Part shown: positions 11,782-26,348 of the stretch, piece after piece
How the letters are laid out: every line of letters begins with the position of its first letter
Position numbering within the stretch: the stretch's first letter is position 1
Source of the DNA: Eledone cirrhosa
Taxonomy: Eukaryota
DNA: 64,000 nt
Direction: 5' to 3'
NCBI GenBank assembly: GCA_964016885.1
Contig: OZ024741.1
Coordinates: 101,432,001-101,496,000 of the forward strand
Notes under the pieces: generated by a model
Databases searched by the model: none
The model's input: the letters and a program-made list of their open reading frames with translations, nothing else
Told to the model about the DNA's origin: nothing
Position numbers and translations under genes: made by a program

Positions 11782-12273
11782 AAAGGTGCAGAGCACTAGA
11801 AGTCGATGGAAACCGCGGAGTGGTAAGACCCAAGAAGACCTGGGATGAGGTGATAAAAGCCGACCTTACCCAATTACACCTCTCAAAGGCGATGACACAC
11901 GACCGTGACTTCTGGCGTCATGCAGTAATACAGAAGCCCCCCCCCCCCCCCCCCCCGGGTACAAGCCGAAGTTGAAGCATATAGACAATATGCCCCCGTC
12001 CCCTCCCACTGCAAAGTGGTCGTGGAGGGGCCACGGCAAAAAAGCACCCAACCCACACTATAAAGTGGACATGTAGGCGCCACGGAAAAAAAAAGCACCC
12101 AGCACTCACTGTAAATGAGGTTGGTGTTAGGAAGGGCATCCAGCTGTAGAAATCAAGCCAAAATCAGTTCCTGTATGAGCAAGACAAAGTCGGCCGTCCG
12201 AACACTGCCCACAACAGGACAACCCGTCTAACCCATGCTAGCGTGGAAGAACGCATTTAAAACGATGATGATG
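11776..12273 (+). mobile_element. RTE LINE family B, 3' end fragment
   Basis: [30 protein letters not shown] plus a 3' UTR and (GAT)n tail matching 40430-40885. Confidence 0.9.
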
Positions 12274-12320
12274 ATATATGTATATATATATATATATACG
12301 TATATATACGTATATATATA

Positions 12321-14231
12321 TCATCATCATCATCGTTTAACGTCCATCTTCCACGCTTGTATGGGTTTGGACGGGAGTTTTTCCACTTGAGGCAAGAGTG
12401 GTTGTCTTGCTTGCATAGGACTGTCTGGCGGGTTTGCTACAGTTGGATGCCCTTCCTAACACCAACCACATTTACAGTGTGGACTGGGAGGTTTTTACCG
12501 TGTTACCTACACGGCCACATTACAGCGTGGACTGTGTGTTTTTTTGTCGTGACACCTATACGACCTCATTCGTTTCGGACTGGATGTTGTGGCACCAACG
12601 TAACTTTACATTGAAAGGGATGGTGTGGATGGGGTGGGGGTAGAGGGACGGGGGTGTATTTTTGTTAGAGGTGCCTACTGACTGTAGTAGGTTTCACTTT
12701 GTACTTAGGTAAGGCGGGTCTTCTGTGTTACTGTGTAGCGCCAAAGATCTCAGTCCAGTGACATTGTCTTGGAGAGGTGTAAGTGTGTGAGGTCGGAATT
12801 TATCAAGTCGTCCCAGGTTTTTCTGGGTCTGCCTACTCCGTGGCTACCGTCTATTTTTATTGCCCTGCACTTTTTTTATACAGCTGTCGTCTTTCATGCA
12901 CATCACGTGACCATACCAACGTAGTCTTCTCTCGAGTAAACAACATCTGATCCCTCTTATTTCTAATTTTTCCCTTAGTTCGTTTATGCTTACCTGTGAT
13001 CCCACTACATCTTTTATGCACCCATACTTTGCATTTGGGACATAAAATGGAGTTTCTACCTACTCCTTTCCTACACACTGAGCATGGCCATTTCCCGGAT
13101 GGGACCGGTGCCCTATTTTCCTTCCTACAAACTAGAACTTTAGTCTTAGACAGGTTAATTTTAAGGCCTTTTGATTCTCGGCCATGCTTCCATGTTTGGA
13201 ATTTCTTCTCTAGTTCAGCCATAGATTCAGCTATGAGCGTTAGATCATCTGCGTATAGGAGTTCCCATGGGCAGCCGGTCTTGAACTCCACTGTTATAGC
13301 CTGAAGGGCAATAATAAATAGTAGGGGGCTAAGAACGGAGCCCTGATGAACACCAACTTTTACGCTAAACTCTTCAGTATATTCGTTGTTAATTCTAACC
13401 TTGCTGACTGTTTCTTTATACATGGCTTGTATAGCTCTCACAAGCCATTAATCAACACCTAGTTTTCTAAGAGCCCATCAGATAATGGAATGGGGGACTC
13501 TGTCGAAGGCTTTCTCCAAGTCGACAAAAGCTAAGTATAGGGGTTTACTTTTAGCTAGGTACTTCTCCTGTAGTTGTCGTACAATGAAAAGAGCATCTGT
13601 GGTACTTTTACCTGACACAAACCCGAACTGCATTTTATCTAGATCAATTCTCTCTCTGATTAGTTGCGCTATTACTTTTTCTGTGACCTTCATGACCTGG
13701 TCGATTAATTTAATGCCTCTATAGTTACTCCTATCTAGGGCATCTCCTTTACCCTTGTAGCAGTTAATGATGATGCTGCTACGCCAGTCCTTCGGAACAA
13801 CCCCATTCTGTATGACTTGGTTTACTATCCGGGTGACCATGGTGTGTCCCACCGTTCCAGAAGCTTTCAGCATTTCAGCAACTATTTCCGAAGGCCCAGC
13901 CGCCTTACCCGTCTTCATATTTTTGATTGCCTTACTTATTATACTACCTTCGACTAACACTGCTGGTCCCTCTATTGGATCGATGTGGGGGAGACTGTCT
14001 TTTTCCCATTTATTCTCCTCATTTAGTCGCCTTTCGTAATGACACTTCCAAGCTACCTTCTTATCAGCGTCAGTGATGGCAAGTACACCATCATCATTAA
14101 GGACACACTTCTCCCCGACAATATCACGGTTTTCCTTGACACATTGCCTAGCAATCCTGAACACCTCACGTTTTTGGTCCTCGCGTTGTAGAACATGCTT
14201 GAACTTTCTTTCTTCTGCTTCCCTTCTTGCG
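12321..14231 (-). mobile_element. RTE LINE family A, 5'-truncated with an internal deletion
   Basis: ORFs 13478..14359 and 12857..13441 carry RT motifs; (GAT)n tail at 12321; at ~12990 the PHD region is joined to the late thumb region. Confidence 0.93.
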
Positions 14232-14241
14232 AATATATATG

Positions 14242-14272
<31 letters not shown>

Positions 14273-14297
14273 GTATATATATATGTATATATATATG

Positions 14298-14331
<34 letters not shown>

Positions 14332-14339
14332 GACACAGT

Positions 14340-14880
14340 GCAAACCACACACAGACCATTCTTCACCTGTCATCCTTCTCTACTGCTATCTCTTCACCCT
14401 GCCTTGATCCTCTGACCACTTCCTGTTGTGCGCGCATCCCACATCTTTCCACTTCCGACCACCACCACGAATGGATTTCACACCACTGGTCATCGTTCCA
14501 GCTCTCCACTCTATAACATGAGAAATATCCAACATCCTATCACAAACTCCACGGAACTACTTTAGGAACATGTCCACGAATAAACACTCACATTTTTTTT
14601 CAAACCACGCCACCTACATCCACACCACGTATAAACACAAACACACACGTGCGTACCCCCACATATACACACACTCAGCCTCCGGAATCCATACGCCCAT
14701 TTTTTTCTAAATATCTTTCCACCACTCCCCCATACACCCCCGGAACTCTCTTCCTACCCACTTTTCTTCTGATGAAGGGCTTATGCCCGAAACGTCGTTC
14801 CCCACCCCTCACTCTCATAAGTGTGAACCTAATAAAGTCATATTTGTACTGCCTCTCTGTTTTTGTTCCTGTCTAAGATT
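14340..14880 (+). mobile_element. Penelope-like pseudo-LTR remnant with a minimal hammerhead core
   Basis: CTGATGA-AGGGC-TTAT-GCCC-GAAAC-GTC at 14769-14796, then AATAAA; pyrimidine-rich; flanked by TA tracts. Confidence 0.55.
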
Positions 14881-14894
14881 TAACTAAATATATG

Positions 14895-14936
<42 letters not shown>

Positions 14937-14950
14937 ATAATTATTATTAT

Positions 14951-15002
<52 letters not shown>

Positions 15003-15089
15003 GTATATATATATATATATATGTATATATATGTATATGTATATATGCGTATATATGTATATGTATATATATATATATGTATATATGTA

Positions 15090-16087
15090 TCATCATCATC
15101 ATCATCGTTTAACGTCCATTTTCCACGCTAGCATGGGTCTGGATGGGAAATGTCCCACTTGAGGCAAGATTGGTTGTCTTGCTCAGGACTGTCTGGCGGG
15201 TTTTCTACGACTGGATGCCCTTTCTAACACCAACCGCGTTTACAGTGTGGACTGGGAGGTTTTTACCGTGTTACCTACACGGCCACATTGCAGCGTGGAC
15301 TGTGTGTTTTTTTGTCGTGACACCTACACAACCTCATCTATTTAGGACTGGATGTTGTGGTACCAACATAGCTTTACATCGAAAGGGGTGGTGTAGATGG
15401 CGGTGGGGGTAGGGGTTGGGACGGGTGTGTATTTTGGTTAAGAGGTGCCTACTGACTGTAGGTTTCGCTTTGTACTTAGTCAAGGCGGGTCTTCTGTATT
15501 ACTACGTAGCGCCAAAGATCTCGGTCCAGTGACATTGTCTTGGAGAGGTGTAAGAGTGTGAGGTCGGATTTTATCAAGTTGTCCCAGGTTTTTCCGTCTA
15601 TTTCGATCGCCCTGCACTTTTTTATACAGCTGTCATCTTTCATGCGCATCACGTGACCATACCAACGTAGTTTTCTCTCGAGTAAACAGCATCTGATCCC
15701 TCTTATTCCTAATTTCTCACTTAGTTCATTTATGCTTTGCCGTTTGCGTATATTACTATTACACATCTAACGGAGCATGCAAGCTTCGTTCCTTTACAGT
15801 CTGCGTAGGTCCTCTGCACACAAGGCTCATGTCTCACTGCCATGTAACATCGCTGTTCGTATATAGGCATCATACAGCCTGCCTTTTATTAGAGAGAAAC
15901 CTTTAGCGGCCAATAGTGGTATAAGCTCTCTGAACTTTTTCCATCCCGTTCGGACTCTAGCTACAGTACTTTCAGAGCACCCTCCACCACTGCTGATTTT
16001 GTCACCCAGGTAACGGAAGGTGTCCACCATTTCTATAGAACCATCTGGGCAATGGAATGAGCTAGTATTCTGTGGGCATTTGCTGCT
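15090..16087 (-). mobile_element. Diverged family A RTE, 3' fragment
   Basis: ORFs 15827..16030 and 15476..15766 match the family A thumb/C-terminus; (GAT)n tail at ~15090. Confidence 0.9.
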
Positions 16088-16534
16088 ACTATATATATAT
16101 ATATGTATATAAGTATGTATATATGTATGTATATATATGTATATGTATATATATATGTATATGTATGTATATATATATGTATATGTATATATATATATGT
16201 AGATATATATGTATATATGTAGATATATATGTATATATGCAGATATATATGTATGTATGTAGATATATATGTATGTATGTAGATATATATGTATGTATGT
16301 AGATATATATGTATATATGTAGATATATATGTATATATGTAGATAAATATGTATATATGTAGATATATATGTATATATGTAGATATATATGTATATATGT
16401 ATATATATATATATATATATATAATGTGTGTGTGTGTATATATATGTATGTGTATATATATATGTATGTATATATATATGTATGTATATAGATATGTATG
16501 TATATATGTATGTATATATATATGTATATATATG

Positions 16535-16565
<31 letters not shown>

Positions 16566-16584
16566 GTATATATATATGTATATG

Positions 16585-16667
<83 letters not shown>

Positions 16668-16668
16668 G

Positions 16669-16699
<31 letters not shown>

Positions 16700-16712
16700 G
16701 TATATATATTTT

Positions 16713-16746
<34 letters not shown>

Positions 16747-16796
16747 CAATTAACAAGAAAGAGCGCTTAGAACATAGGTATATCTATATAGAACAT

Positions 16797-16842
<46 letters not shown>

Positions 16843-16881
16843 GTATATATATATGTATATATATATGTATATATATATATG

Positions 16882-16932
<51 letters not shown>

Positions 16933-16967
16933 GTATATATATATATATGTATATATATATACATGTA

Positions 16968-17047
<80 letters not shown>

Positions 17048-17125
17048 ATTAAATAACATATTAAATAACAATATATATATATAACATATTAAATAACAAT
17101 ATATATATATATATATATATATACA
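16088..17125. repeat. Compound (TA)n microsatellite
   Basis: Direct reading. Confidence 0.95.
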
Positions 17126-17624
17126 ATATTAAATAACACATTAAATAACAATATTTTTTTCCTCTCTCTATATTTTTTTCCTCTCTCTATTTTTTTCCTC
17201 TCTCTATATTTTTTTTCTCTCTCTCTATATATCTCCCTTACATTAATACTTGAGCTAAATAAATAAATAAATAAATAAACGTATCATTGATACATTTACT
17301 CAAAATGACCTCCCACTACCTAATTTTCTATATATATATGTATCTATCTCTATTTCCTCTCTCTCTCTATATATATATATATCTCTTTCTGTTTCTTTAC
17401 ATGAAGTTCTTCGCTTTATCTATCTTTCCATCTCTCTATTTTTGTTCCATGCATTTCCTCTTTCTCTTCTTTTTCTTCCTTTTCTTCGTTTTCTATCTTT
17501 CTTTCTGTTTTCTCTCTTTCTTTCTCTCTGTGTAAAATTTTTTCACTGCCAGCGTAAACCTCTTCAAATGAAGTCGGTGTTATAACGGTATGTCGAATCT
17601 ATTTATCTATAAAACTGTTTATAT

Positions 17625-17690
17625 TGTATTTTGTCTGATGAAGGCATAGCATATTGTTAATATGATATCCCCGAAATATATATAATGAAA
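17625..17690 (+). ncRNA. Hammerhead-like ribozyme motif (Penelope type, probably degenerate)
   Basis: CTGATGA (17635), long stem II GGCATAGCATATT/AATATGATATCCC with two mismatches, GAAA (17673), palindromic TATATA; stem I weak. Confidence 0.45.
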
Positions 17691-17823
17691 TAAATATGGT
17701 TTTATAAATATAGTTTTCCATTTATTTAATATTGTAAATATACTCCAAATATTTGTCGAGTGCTTTTATATCAGTTATAAATATTTACTAGTTGTAACCC
17801 AACAATTTTAAATATAACTTTCC

Positions 17824-17874
<51 letters not shown>

Positions 17875-17888
17875 CATATATATATACG

Positions 17889-17950
<62 letters not shown>

Positions 17951-18022
17951 CATATATATATACGTATATATATAAATATATAAATATGTATATATATATA
18001 TGTATATGTATATATATGTATG

Positions 18023-18082
<60 letters not shown>

Positions 18083-18500
18083 CGTATATATATACATGTA
18101 TATATATGTATATATATATATGTATATGTATATATATGTATGTATATGTATATATATGTATATGTATATATATGTATGTATATGTATGTATATGTATGTA
18201 TATGTATATATATGTATATGTATATGTATATATATGTATATGTATATGTATGTGTATATATATGTATATGTATATATATGTATATGTATATATATGTATA
18301 TGTATATATATATGTATGTATATATATATGTATATATATGTATATGTATATATATATGTATGTATATATATATGTATATATATATATATGTATATATGTA
18401 TGTATATGTATATATATATGTATATATATATGTATATGTATATATATATGTATATGTGTATATATATGTATGTATCTGTCTATCTATATATATATATATA
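17824..18500. repeat. Compound (TA)n/(TATG)n microsatellite
   Basis: Direct reading. Confidence 0.95.
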
Positions 18501-18749
18501 TTATAATAATACTGGACTGTAGTACAATCGGCTTCAACTATACAAACTCTTGAAAGTTGACATAATCTTGTAATCTTGTATCAGTAATGACGGTAATTTG
18601 TATATATATATATATATGTGTGTGTGTAAGTGAGTAGAGTAGCGTGTGTGTGCGTTTGTTTGTATTTATGAGCGTTGCTGTGTGCGCGTGTGTGTATGTC
18701 ATACGTATAAGTGTCAATAAGTGATTTTTTTTTTTGTTTTTTTTTGTTT

Positions 18750-21700
18750 TTGCGCGGGGACATAGAAATAATCGGGCTGGATGCCCGATCGCGCAGTTAA
18801 ACCACTGGGAGTGAAGAACCCCTAGTCCTTGTCAGGGCATTCTTCTAGGAGAAGGCATCTCAGGAAACTGGGTTAACTCCGACATAAAACCTGCGGCTCA
18901 GTAGTTACCGATGATGTTGATCTTTTCTTCTTTTCGGGCTATAGCTACTGTCGCTCAGAGAGTGGGATTGGCTCAGTGCACAGTCTTTCCTCACTTTAAA
19001 AATATTCGTCACGCACAGGCATTGCACGAATGCATTAATAATTATTAATAGTATACTATTATTATTACTATCATTATTACTTTTTTTTCTTTTTTTTTTT
19101 CCCCACAATTCAATGATGTTCCAGAACAATATAAAAGAGATAATTGGCAATTTAGGTTCTGGAACAAAAAAGATCATTGGCAATAAGGGCAGGGGCCTCA
19201 GGTTATCACAGCCTGGGCCATTCATCATGCCATTGTAATAGAGCCAAACAAGGCATTTAGTTTTGGCTGCTGGAACGTACGGACGCTGCTTGACAGGGAT
19301 TCCTTGGAGCGTCCTGAACGAAGGACCGCTCTTGTTGCAAAGGAGCTTCGACGTTACGATCTTGACATCGTGGCTTTATCTGAGACGAGGTTAGCTGGAG
19401 ATGGTCATCTTACGGAATTTTGTGGAGAATATACATTCTTCTGGAAAGGAAGAGATGAAGGAACCAGTAGAGAGGCTGGGGTAGGATTTGCTGTTAAGAC
19501 TGTACTTGTGAACAAATTAGAAGAATTCCCAGTAGGGATTAGTGAGCGTCTTATGTCCATGAGAGTTCCGCTGGACAAGGGAAGATATGCTACCCTGGTG
19601 AGTGTGTATGCTCCAACTATGAGTTCTGTCGATGAGGAAAAGGTGTCCTTTTACCATGCCTTGAAAGGTGTTTTAAGAAATATCCCTCAGGCAGACAAAG
19701 TCATCGTGCTTGGTGACTTTAATGCTAGAGTGGGTAGGGATTTTAACACATGGAATGTAATCGGAAGGCATGGGGTGGGAAAGTGTAACAGCAATGGTAT
19801 GCTCCTGCTGCAGATGTGTGAGGAGCTGGATCTGTGTGTTACCAACACCATGTTCCAACAAAAGAACAAATTCAAGACCACATGGATGCATCCTGCATCT
19901 AAGGAATGGCATCTTTTGGACTATGTCCTAGTCAGGATGCGTGACAGACAGGATGTGCAGTGTGTTCGTGTTCTTCGTGGAGCTGAGTGCTGGACGGACC
20001 ATCGCTTGGTACGCGCAAAAGTGAAACTAATCACTAAAAGTAAAATCCGGGCTCCTGGTGTTGCCCTGCCCAAAAGATTGAATGCTGCTCGTCTTAAGGA
20101 TAAAAATGTGAAGAGGACATTGGAAGAAGAGATGCAGGCTGCAGATCTTGATGAGGATTGGCAGATCTTGGTGAGGATTGGTCGACCCTTAAAAAGTCGG
20201 TTTATGATGTAGGCAGGCGTGTTCTGGGATTGGCGCAGAGGAACATCAGGACTGGTTTGATGAGAATGATGTACATATAGAAGACTTGTTGGCTGATAAG
20301 AGGCGTGCTCTGTCACGCTACTTGACGGCAAAACCACAGGAGAGGAATACATTGCATGAGGAACTCAGGGATGTAAAATCACGTGTTAGGCGGAGTCTTT
20401 CTCAGATGAAGGATCAGTGGTGGAGTGAGAAGGCTGGTGAGATACAAACTGCGTCTGATTCCAATAACACAAAGCTGTGGTACAGTCTCTTGCGTGAGGT
20501 TTATGGACCGTCTTCTTCTCTGGTGACACCGCTTCGCAGCAAGGATGGCAAAGAACTTCTTCGTGACTCACAGGGAATTCTACGAAGGTGGCGAGAGCAC
20601 TTTGATGATCTTTTGAATCAGCCGTCTGTCGTCAGTGAAGATTTCCTCAATCTCATTCCAGAAAGTCCTGTGAAAGTAGCTCTCGCAGAACCTCCGACGC
20701 TTGTGGAGGTTGCAGTGGCTATTTCGAAGCTGAACAGTGGAAGATCTCCAGGTATGGATGGCATACATGCTGAGCTCCTACAATATGGTGGTGATAGACT
20801 CCTGCAACATCTTCACTCTTTGTTTGGCAGGATATGGGCTAATGAATCCGTACCTGAGGACTGGAGAGATGCAGTAATGGTGGTTTTGTACAAGGGAAAG
20901 GGTAACAGGAACGATTGTGGGAACTACAGAGGTATATCATTGCTTTCTGTCGTAGGGAAAGTTTTATGTAGGGTGCTTCCGGACCGTCTGCTGACACACA
21001 TTGCAGATTGTGTTCTTCCTGAAAGTCAATCTGGTTTTCGTGCTGGACGCGGCACTACTGATATGATCTTCTCAGCTAGACAGCTCCAGGAGAAGTTCAT
21101 GGAACAAGGCTTGGATCTGTATCAGGTTTTTGTCGATCTGATAAAAGCTTTCGATACTGTTAACAGAGATGCATTATAGAAGGTTCTCCAGAAACTTGGT
21201 TGCCCTGATAAGTTCCTTGCTTTAGTTAGGTCTTTCCATGACGACATGAAGGCTTGGGTTAATGTCGGGGGTAACATGTTGGAGCCTATCTCAGTAAAAA
21301 GTGGAGTGAAACAGGGGGATATTCCAGCACCGACCCTGTTTGCCATATACTTTGCAATGGTTTTCTGTATTGCATTCAGGAATTGCGAGCATGGTGTTTA
21401 CATCCGATATCGAACCTCAGGCAGCATATTTAACATCAGGCGCTTTGCTGCAAAGACAAAAGTATTTACATCAATCATAAGAGACCTCTTGTATGCAGAT
21501 GATTGCGATCTTGTAGCGCACACAGAGAGTGATATGCAGCACATTTTGAATGCATTTTCTGACGCTTGCACTGCCCTAGGCCTGACTGTCAGTCTCAAGA
21601 AAACCGTTGTCATGTACCAACCTGCCCCTGGTAAGCAGTACACTGAACCAAACATCTATGTGTATGGCAAACGACTTGGAGTGGTTGATCAGTTTGTCTA

Positions 21701-22911
21701 CCTGGGAAGCACTGTCAATCGATACAGCAACCTTGACAGTGAAATCTCACTTAGGATTAGGAAAGCAAGTGATGCTTTCGGAAAGCTAGAAAGGCGACTC
21801 TGGGGTCGGCGAGACATATGCAGGACAAAGGTAAAGGTGTACAGGGCATGTGTGCTCTCTTGTCTTCTTTATGCCTGCGAGACCTGGGTCACATATCGAC
21901 ACCACCTTAAGCAATTGGAGCGTTTCCATCAGATGTGTCTCAGACGGATCCATGGCGTTCACTGGAGAGACCACATCAGTGATGTCGAGATTTTGGAAAG
22001 CTCTATGTGTGACAGTATAGAAGCTCTTGTACTTAAGCAACGACTCCGTTGGAGTGGTCACCTTGCCAGGATGAAGGATTCTAGAATACCAAAACAACTC
22101 TTTTATGGAGAGTTGGTTCAAGGAAAACGACCGCCACATAAACCAAAAAAGAGGTATAAGGATTCCTTGAAAGCCTCTCTGAAAGACGCTAACATCTCTG
22201 CTGATACATGGGAAAATATTGCTGCTGATCGTAATAAATGGAGAAAGACTGTATATGAGGGAAAAGTTGCCTTTGAGGCATCTTGAATTGCACACGAGAA
22301 AGTAAAGCGGGATGTGAGGAAGAGCATTGCTGTTGCACTTCCAGACGGCGAGGGTCCTCCTATGGTGCTGACATGCAGCGTATGTTCGAGACTCTGCCTA
22401 AGCAAAGCTGGACTCGAAAGTCATCTTCGCAGTCATAAAGTAAGACCAGTGGTTGACTACCAGGCTGCTGTTGGAGATGCTACTCATCATGCTTGCCAAA
22501 CATGTGGTAGAGAATGTAAATCAGCAGGAGGGCTCAAGCGACATGCAAAAGTACACGAACTGCAACCACAGCCGACTATTGCCGACTCTGTGCAAGACAT
22601 TTTAGATCATTGGCTGGGCTTAAGACACATTCGATCGCAGCGCTGTTAGTTGCTATCGTGTGTGTGTGTGTGTAGATATGCTTATGCGTGTGTGTGTGTG
22701 TATATATATGTATATGTATATTATTATTGTTGTTGTTATTATTATTGTTGTTATTATTATTATTATTATTATTATTGTAATTAATGTATGTGAGTGTGTG
22801 TGTGTATATGTATATAGATATATAATTCTTTTTTTTTTCTTTTTATTTATTTATTATTATTATTATTTTTTTTTTTCTTGTGCAATGGCCATACTCGATA
22901 ACGAGGGGGCA

Positions 22912-22918
<7 letters not shown>
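18750..22918 (+). mobile_element. Near full-length BovB-like RTE LINE (family D), pseudogenised
   Basis: APE (FGCWNVRTLLD, LSETR, LGDFNARVG, WTDHRLV); RT (ESQSGFR, KAFD, GVKQGD, YADD, LRWSGH) in ORFs 19304-22286; C-terminal C2H2 fingers; 3' hairpin CTCG-ATAA-CGAG running into (TA)n. Confidence 0.93.
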
Positions 22919-23438
<520 letters not shown>

Positions 23439-24630
23439 TCGGGTACCCTGTATTACTGCGTGACGCCAGAAGTCACGGTCGTGTGTCATTGACTTTGAGA
23501 GGTGTAGTTGGGTAAGGTCGGCTTTCAGCACCTCATCCCAAGTCATCTTGGGTCTCCCCACTCCGCGGTTTCCATCAACTTCTAGTGCTCTGCACCTTTT
23601 TATGCAGCTGTCATCCTTCATACGCATCACATGTCCATACCAGCGTAACCGCCTCTCCTGCACGCAGCATTTGATTCCTCTTATGCTCAGTCTCTCTCTC
23701 AATTCCTTTATGCTTTGTCGTTCACGTATATTACTGTTACACATCCATCGGAGCATGCAGGCTTCGTTTCTCTCTAATCTACGTAAGTCTTCCACCTTCA
23801 GCGCCCAGGTCTCACTACCATGCAACATCGCTGTTCGGATACACGCATCATACAGTCTGCCTTTCATTCTGAGGGAGAAGCCTTTTGCAGCTAGCAGTGG
23901 TAGTAGTTCCCTAAACTTCTTCCATCCCGTTCTTACACTAGTTATTGTACTTTCTGAGCACCCACCTCCGTTGCTAATTCGGTCACCTAGGTAGCAGAAG
24001 CTGTCTACTGTTTCTACAGGGCCCTCCCAGAGATTGGTGGTACTTGTTTCCTGTGGCTGTTTGCTGCTTGCTGTTTCAGCACAGCTGCTGCATGTGAATC
24101 CTACATTCTTAATTAAGCTTCCTGAGATCCCGCTACATCTCTTGTGTACCCATTGTTTGCATTTGGGGCAGAGAATGGAGTTCCTACCTACACCTTTCCT
24201 ACATACTGAGCAAGGCCATTTCCCTGAGGGGATCTGGGTTCTGTTTTCTCGTCTACTTATAAGGACCTTAGTCTTTGTCATGTTGACTTTGAGGCCCTTT
24301 CTCTCTAGTCCCTGCTTCCAGGTTTGGAATTTATTCTCTAGTTCTACCATAGATTCAGCTATGAGTGCGAGGTCATCAGCATACAGGAGTTCCCATGGGC
24401 ATCCGGTCTTGAACTCCTCCGTTATTGCCTGCAGGACTATGATGAACAGGAGAGGGCTAAGAACAGAGCCCTGGTGGACCCCAACCTGTACGCTAAATTC
24501 CTCGCTATACTCATTGCCAATCCTAACTTTGCTGACTGCTCCCCTATACATGGCTTGTACCGCTTTCACAAGCCATTCATCTACTCCTAGTTTTCTAAGA
24601 GCCCACCAGATTACTGCACGTGGAACTCTA
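23439..24630 (-). mobile_element. RTE LINE family B fragment, truncated at both ends by TA tracts
   Basis: The RT part of ORF 22863..24569 is nearly identical to ORF 39324..40616; the 3' UTR is missing. Confidence 0.93.
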
Positions 24631-24656
24631 TATATATATATATAGGAACCAGTAAG

Positions 24657-24750
24657 ACCCCGACAGCTGAGCTCAAGCCGTTTCGACGGCTAATTCTGGA
24701 CTAAATGAAAATTTATCCTGGTATTTAAATAGCCGATCTTCTCAAGGGGT
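24657..24750 (-). ncRNA. Type I hammerhead ribozyme (U3-A8 variant), minus-strand copy
   Basis: Reverse complement of 26349-26442. Confidence 0.8.
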
Positions 24751-26348
24751 AATTCCATATATGGTCAAAGTGATTGTCAAAAATCAGTAGTAATTCTGTG
24801 GTTGCAAATTAGTAGGGGAGATGGTGGCTAAACCAGCCAGTAGGAGAAAGAGGGGAGGGGGTGGAGTAGCCCCAATCAAGCGTTTGTAGTGCCAGCTACA
24901 GCTGGGCGTGAGGTCAAAGAAAATACAAGGGAGGGGGAGGAAGTCGGAACGGTAGGTAGAACAATGGGGGGTAGAAATATATAGGAAAGAGAGTGAAGAA
25001 AAGCAAATAAGTGTAAAGAAAAACAAATGAGTGTAAAGAAAAAAGGAAAGTAAATTAAATTCTACGACCTAGGTCTCTAGCTATTGTTAGTCTGGAATAA
25101 ATAAATAAATAAAGAAAGAAAGAAGTAAAGAAAGAAATAAAGAAATAACGAAATAAGTAAAAGAACTAGGTAGGACGGAATAGGCCAGGACCCTTTTAAG
25201 AGGTATAAGTACGTAAATGATACGGTGACGGGTCAACAAAAGGGGCCAAAATACTAAAGAGACTACCACGAAATAGACAATAAAGGTTTCCATCCCGGGT
25301 ACAATTCCAGCCACCACCCAGTGCAGCAAAGTGAACTAATACGAGATAATAATTCTGAGTCCCGAGAAAAATATATACTAATGCTAACTCTAAAAGATCT
25401 AAAACAAGCTACATGAAAGTTCGTACGAAGTAAAGGTAGAATACGGAAGAATAAATTCAGAATCCACCCCGCCCAAAAGAAAAGCGAAGAAAGAAATACT
25501 GAAACGAAAAAGTAAGGCATAAGTGCCACTAAGAAATATAGAGGGCACAGAGAATAGTGGGAGCGGTCGGAAAAAGGGGACAAGTATCCGGGGTCTAAAC
25601 CAACTGCTATAAAGGGCGGAGTCCACCAAATCTATCCTAGACTAGGGGAGGGGGTAGGGGTACTAAGGCTACAAAGGGCCAAAGGGCAGCCTCGGGTGGG
25701 CGAGAAAAGACGTCGACAAAGGAGAAGAGCTGGGGTAGAAGGACTAAGGAGAGAGGGGGGAAGGAAGCGATAAAAGAATACAAAGAAGATCTTGCGTCTC
25801 CCTTGGCGAGCAGGGGTTACCCATTGCAAAGTCAGCAAGTGGGGTGTTATAGCCCTAGTCTACCCCCCCGGGTCATTATGGGGTTTGAGGGCGAGGTAAG
25901 TCCTACGCAATCTATGTTTACATGCAGTAACCAGTTCATCTTTCTTGTTTAGGAGTTGGTCCGTCGAAAACAGCATTTGTAAAGTTTCCTCCGAGCATAA
26001 ATTGCATAGTCCGAGCATAAATAGGTCATAGAATTTAATTTACTTTACTTTTTTCTTTACACTCATTTGTTTTTCTTTACACTTATTTGCTTTTCTTCAC
26101 TCTCTTTCCTATATATTTCTACCCCCCATTGTTCTACCTACCGTTCCGACTTCCTCCCCCTCCCCCTCCCTTGTATCTTCTTTGACCTCACGCCCAGCTG
26201 TAGCTGGCACTACAAACGCTTGATTGGGGCTACTCCACCCCCTCCCCTCTTTCTCCTACTGACTGGTTTAGCCACCATCTCCCCTACTAATTTGCAACCA
26301 CAGAATTACTACTGATTTTTGACAATCACTTTGACCATATATGGAATT

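Noticed and set aside
18510-18600. Possible minus-strand hammerhead relic (ACTGATAC...TTGAAGCCGATTG)
   Set aside because: Both conserved core boxes are broken and no stems can be supported.
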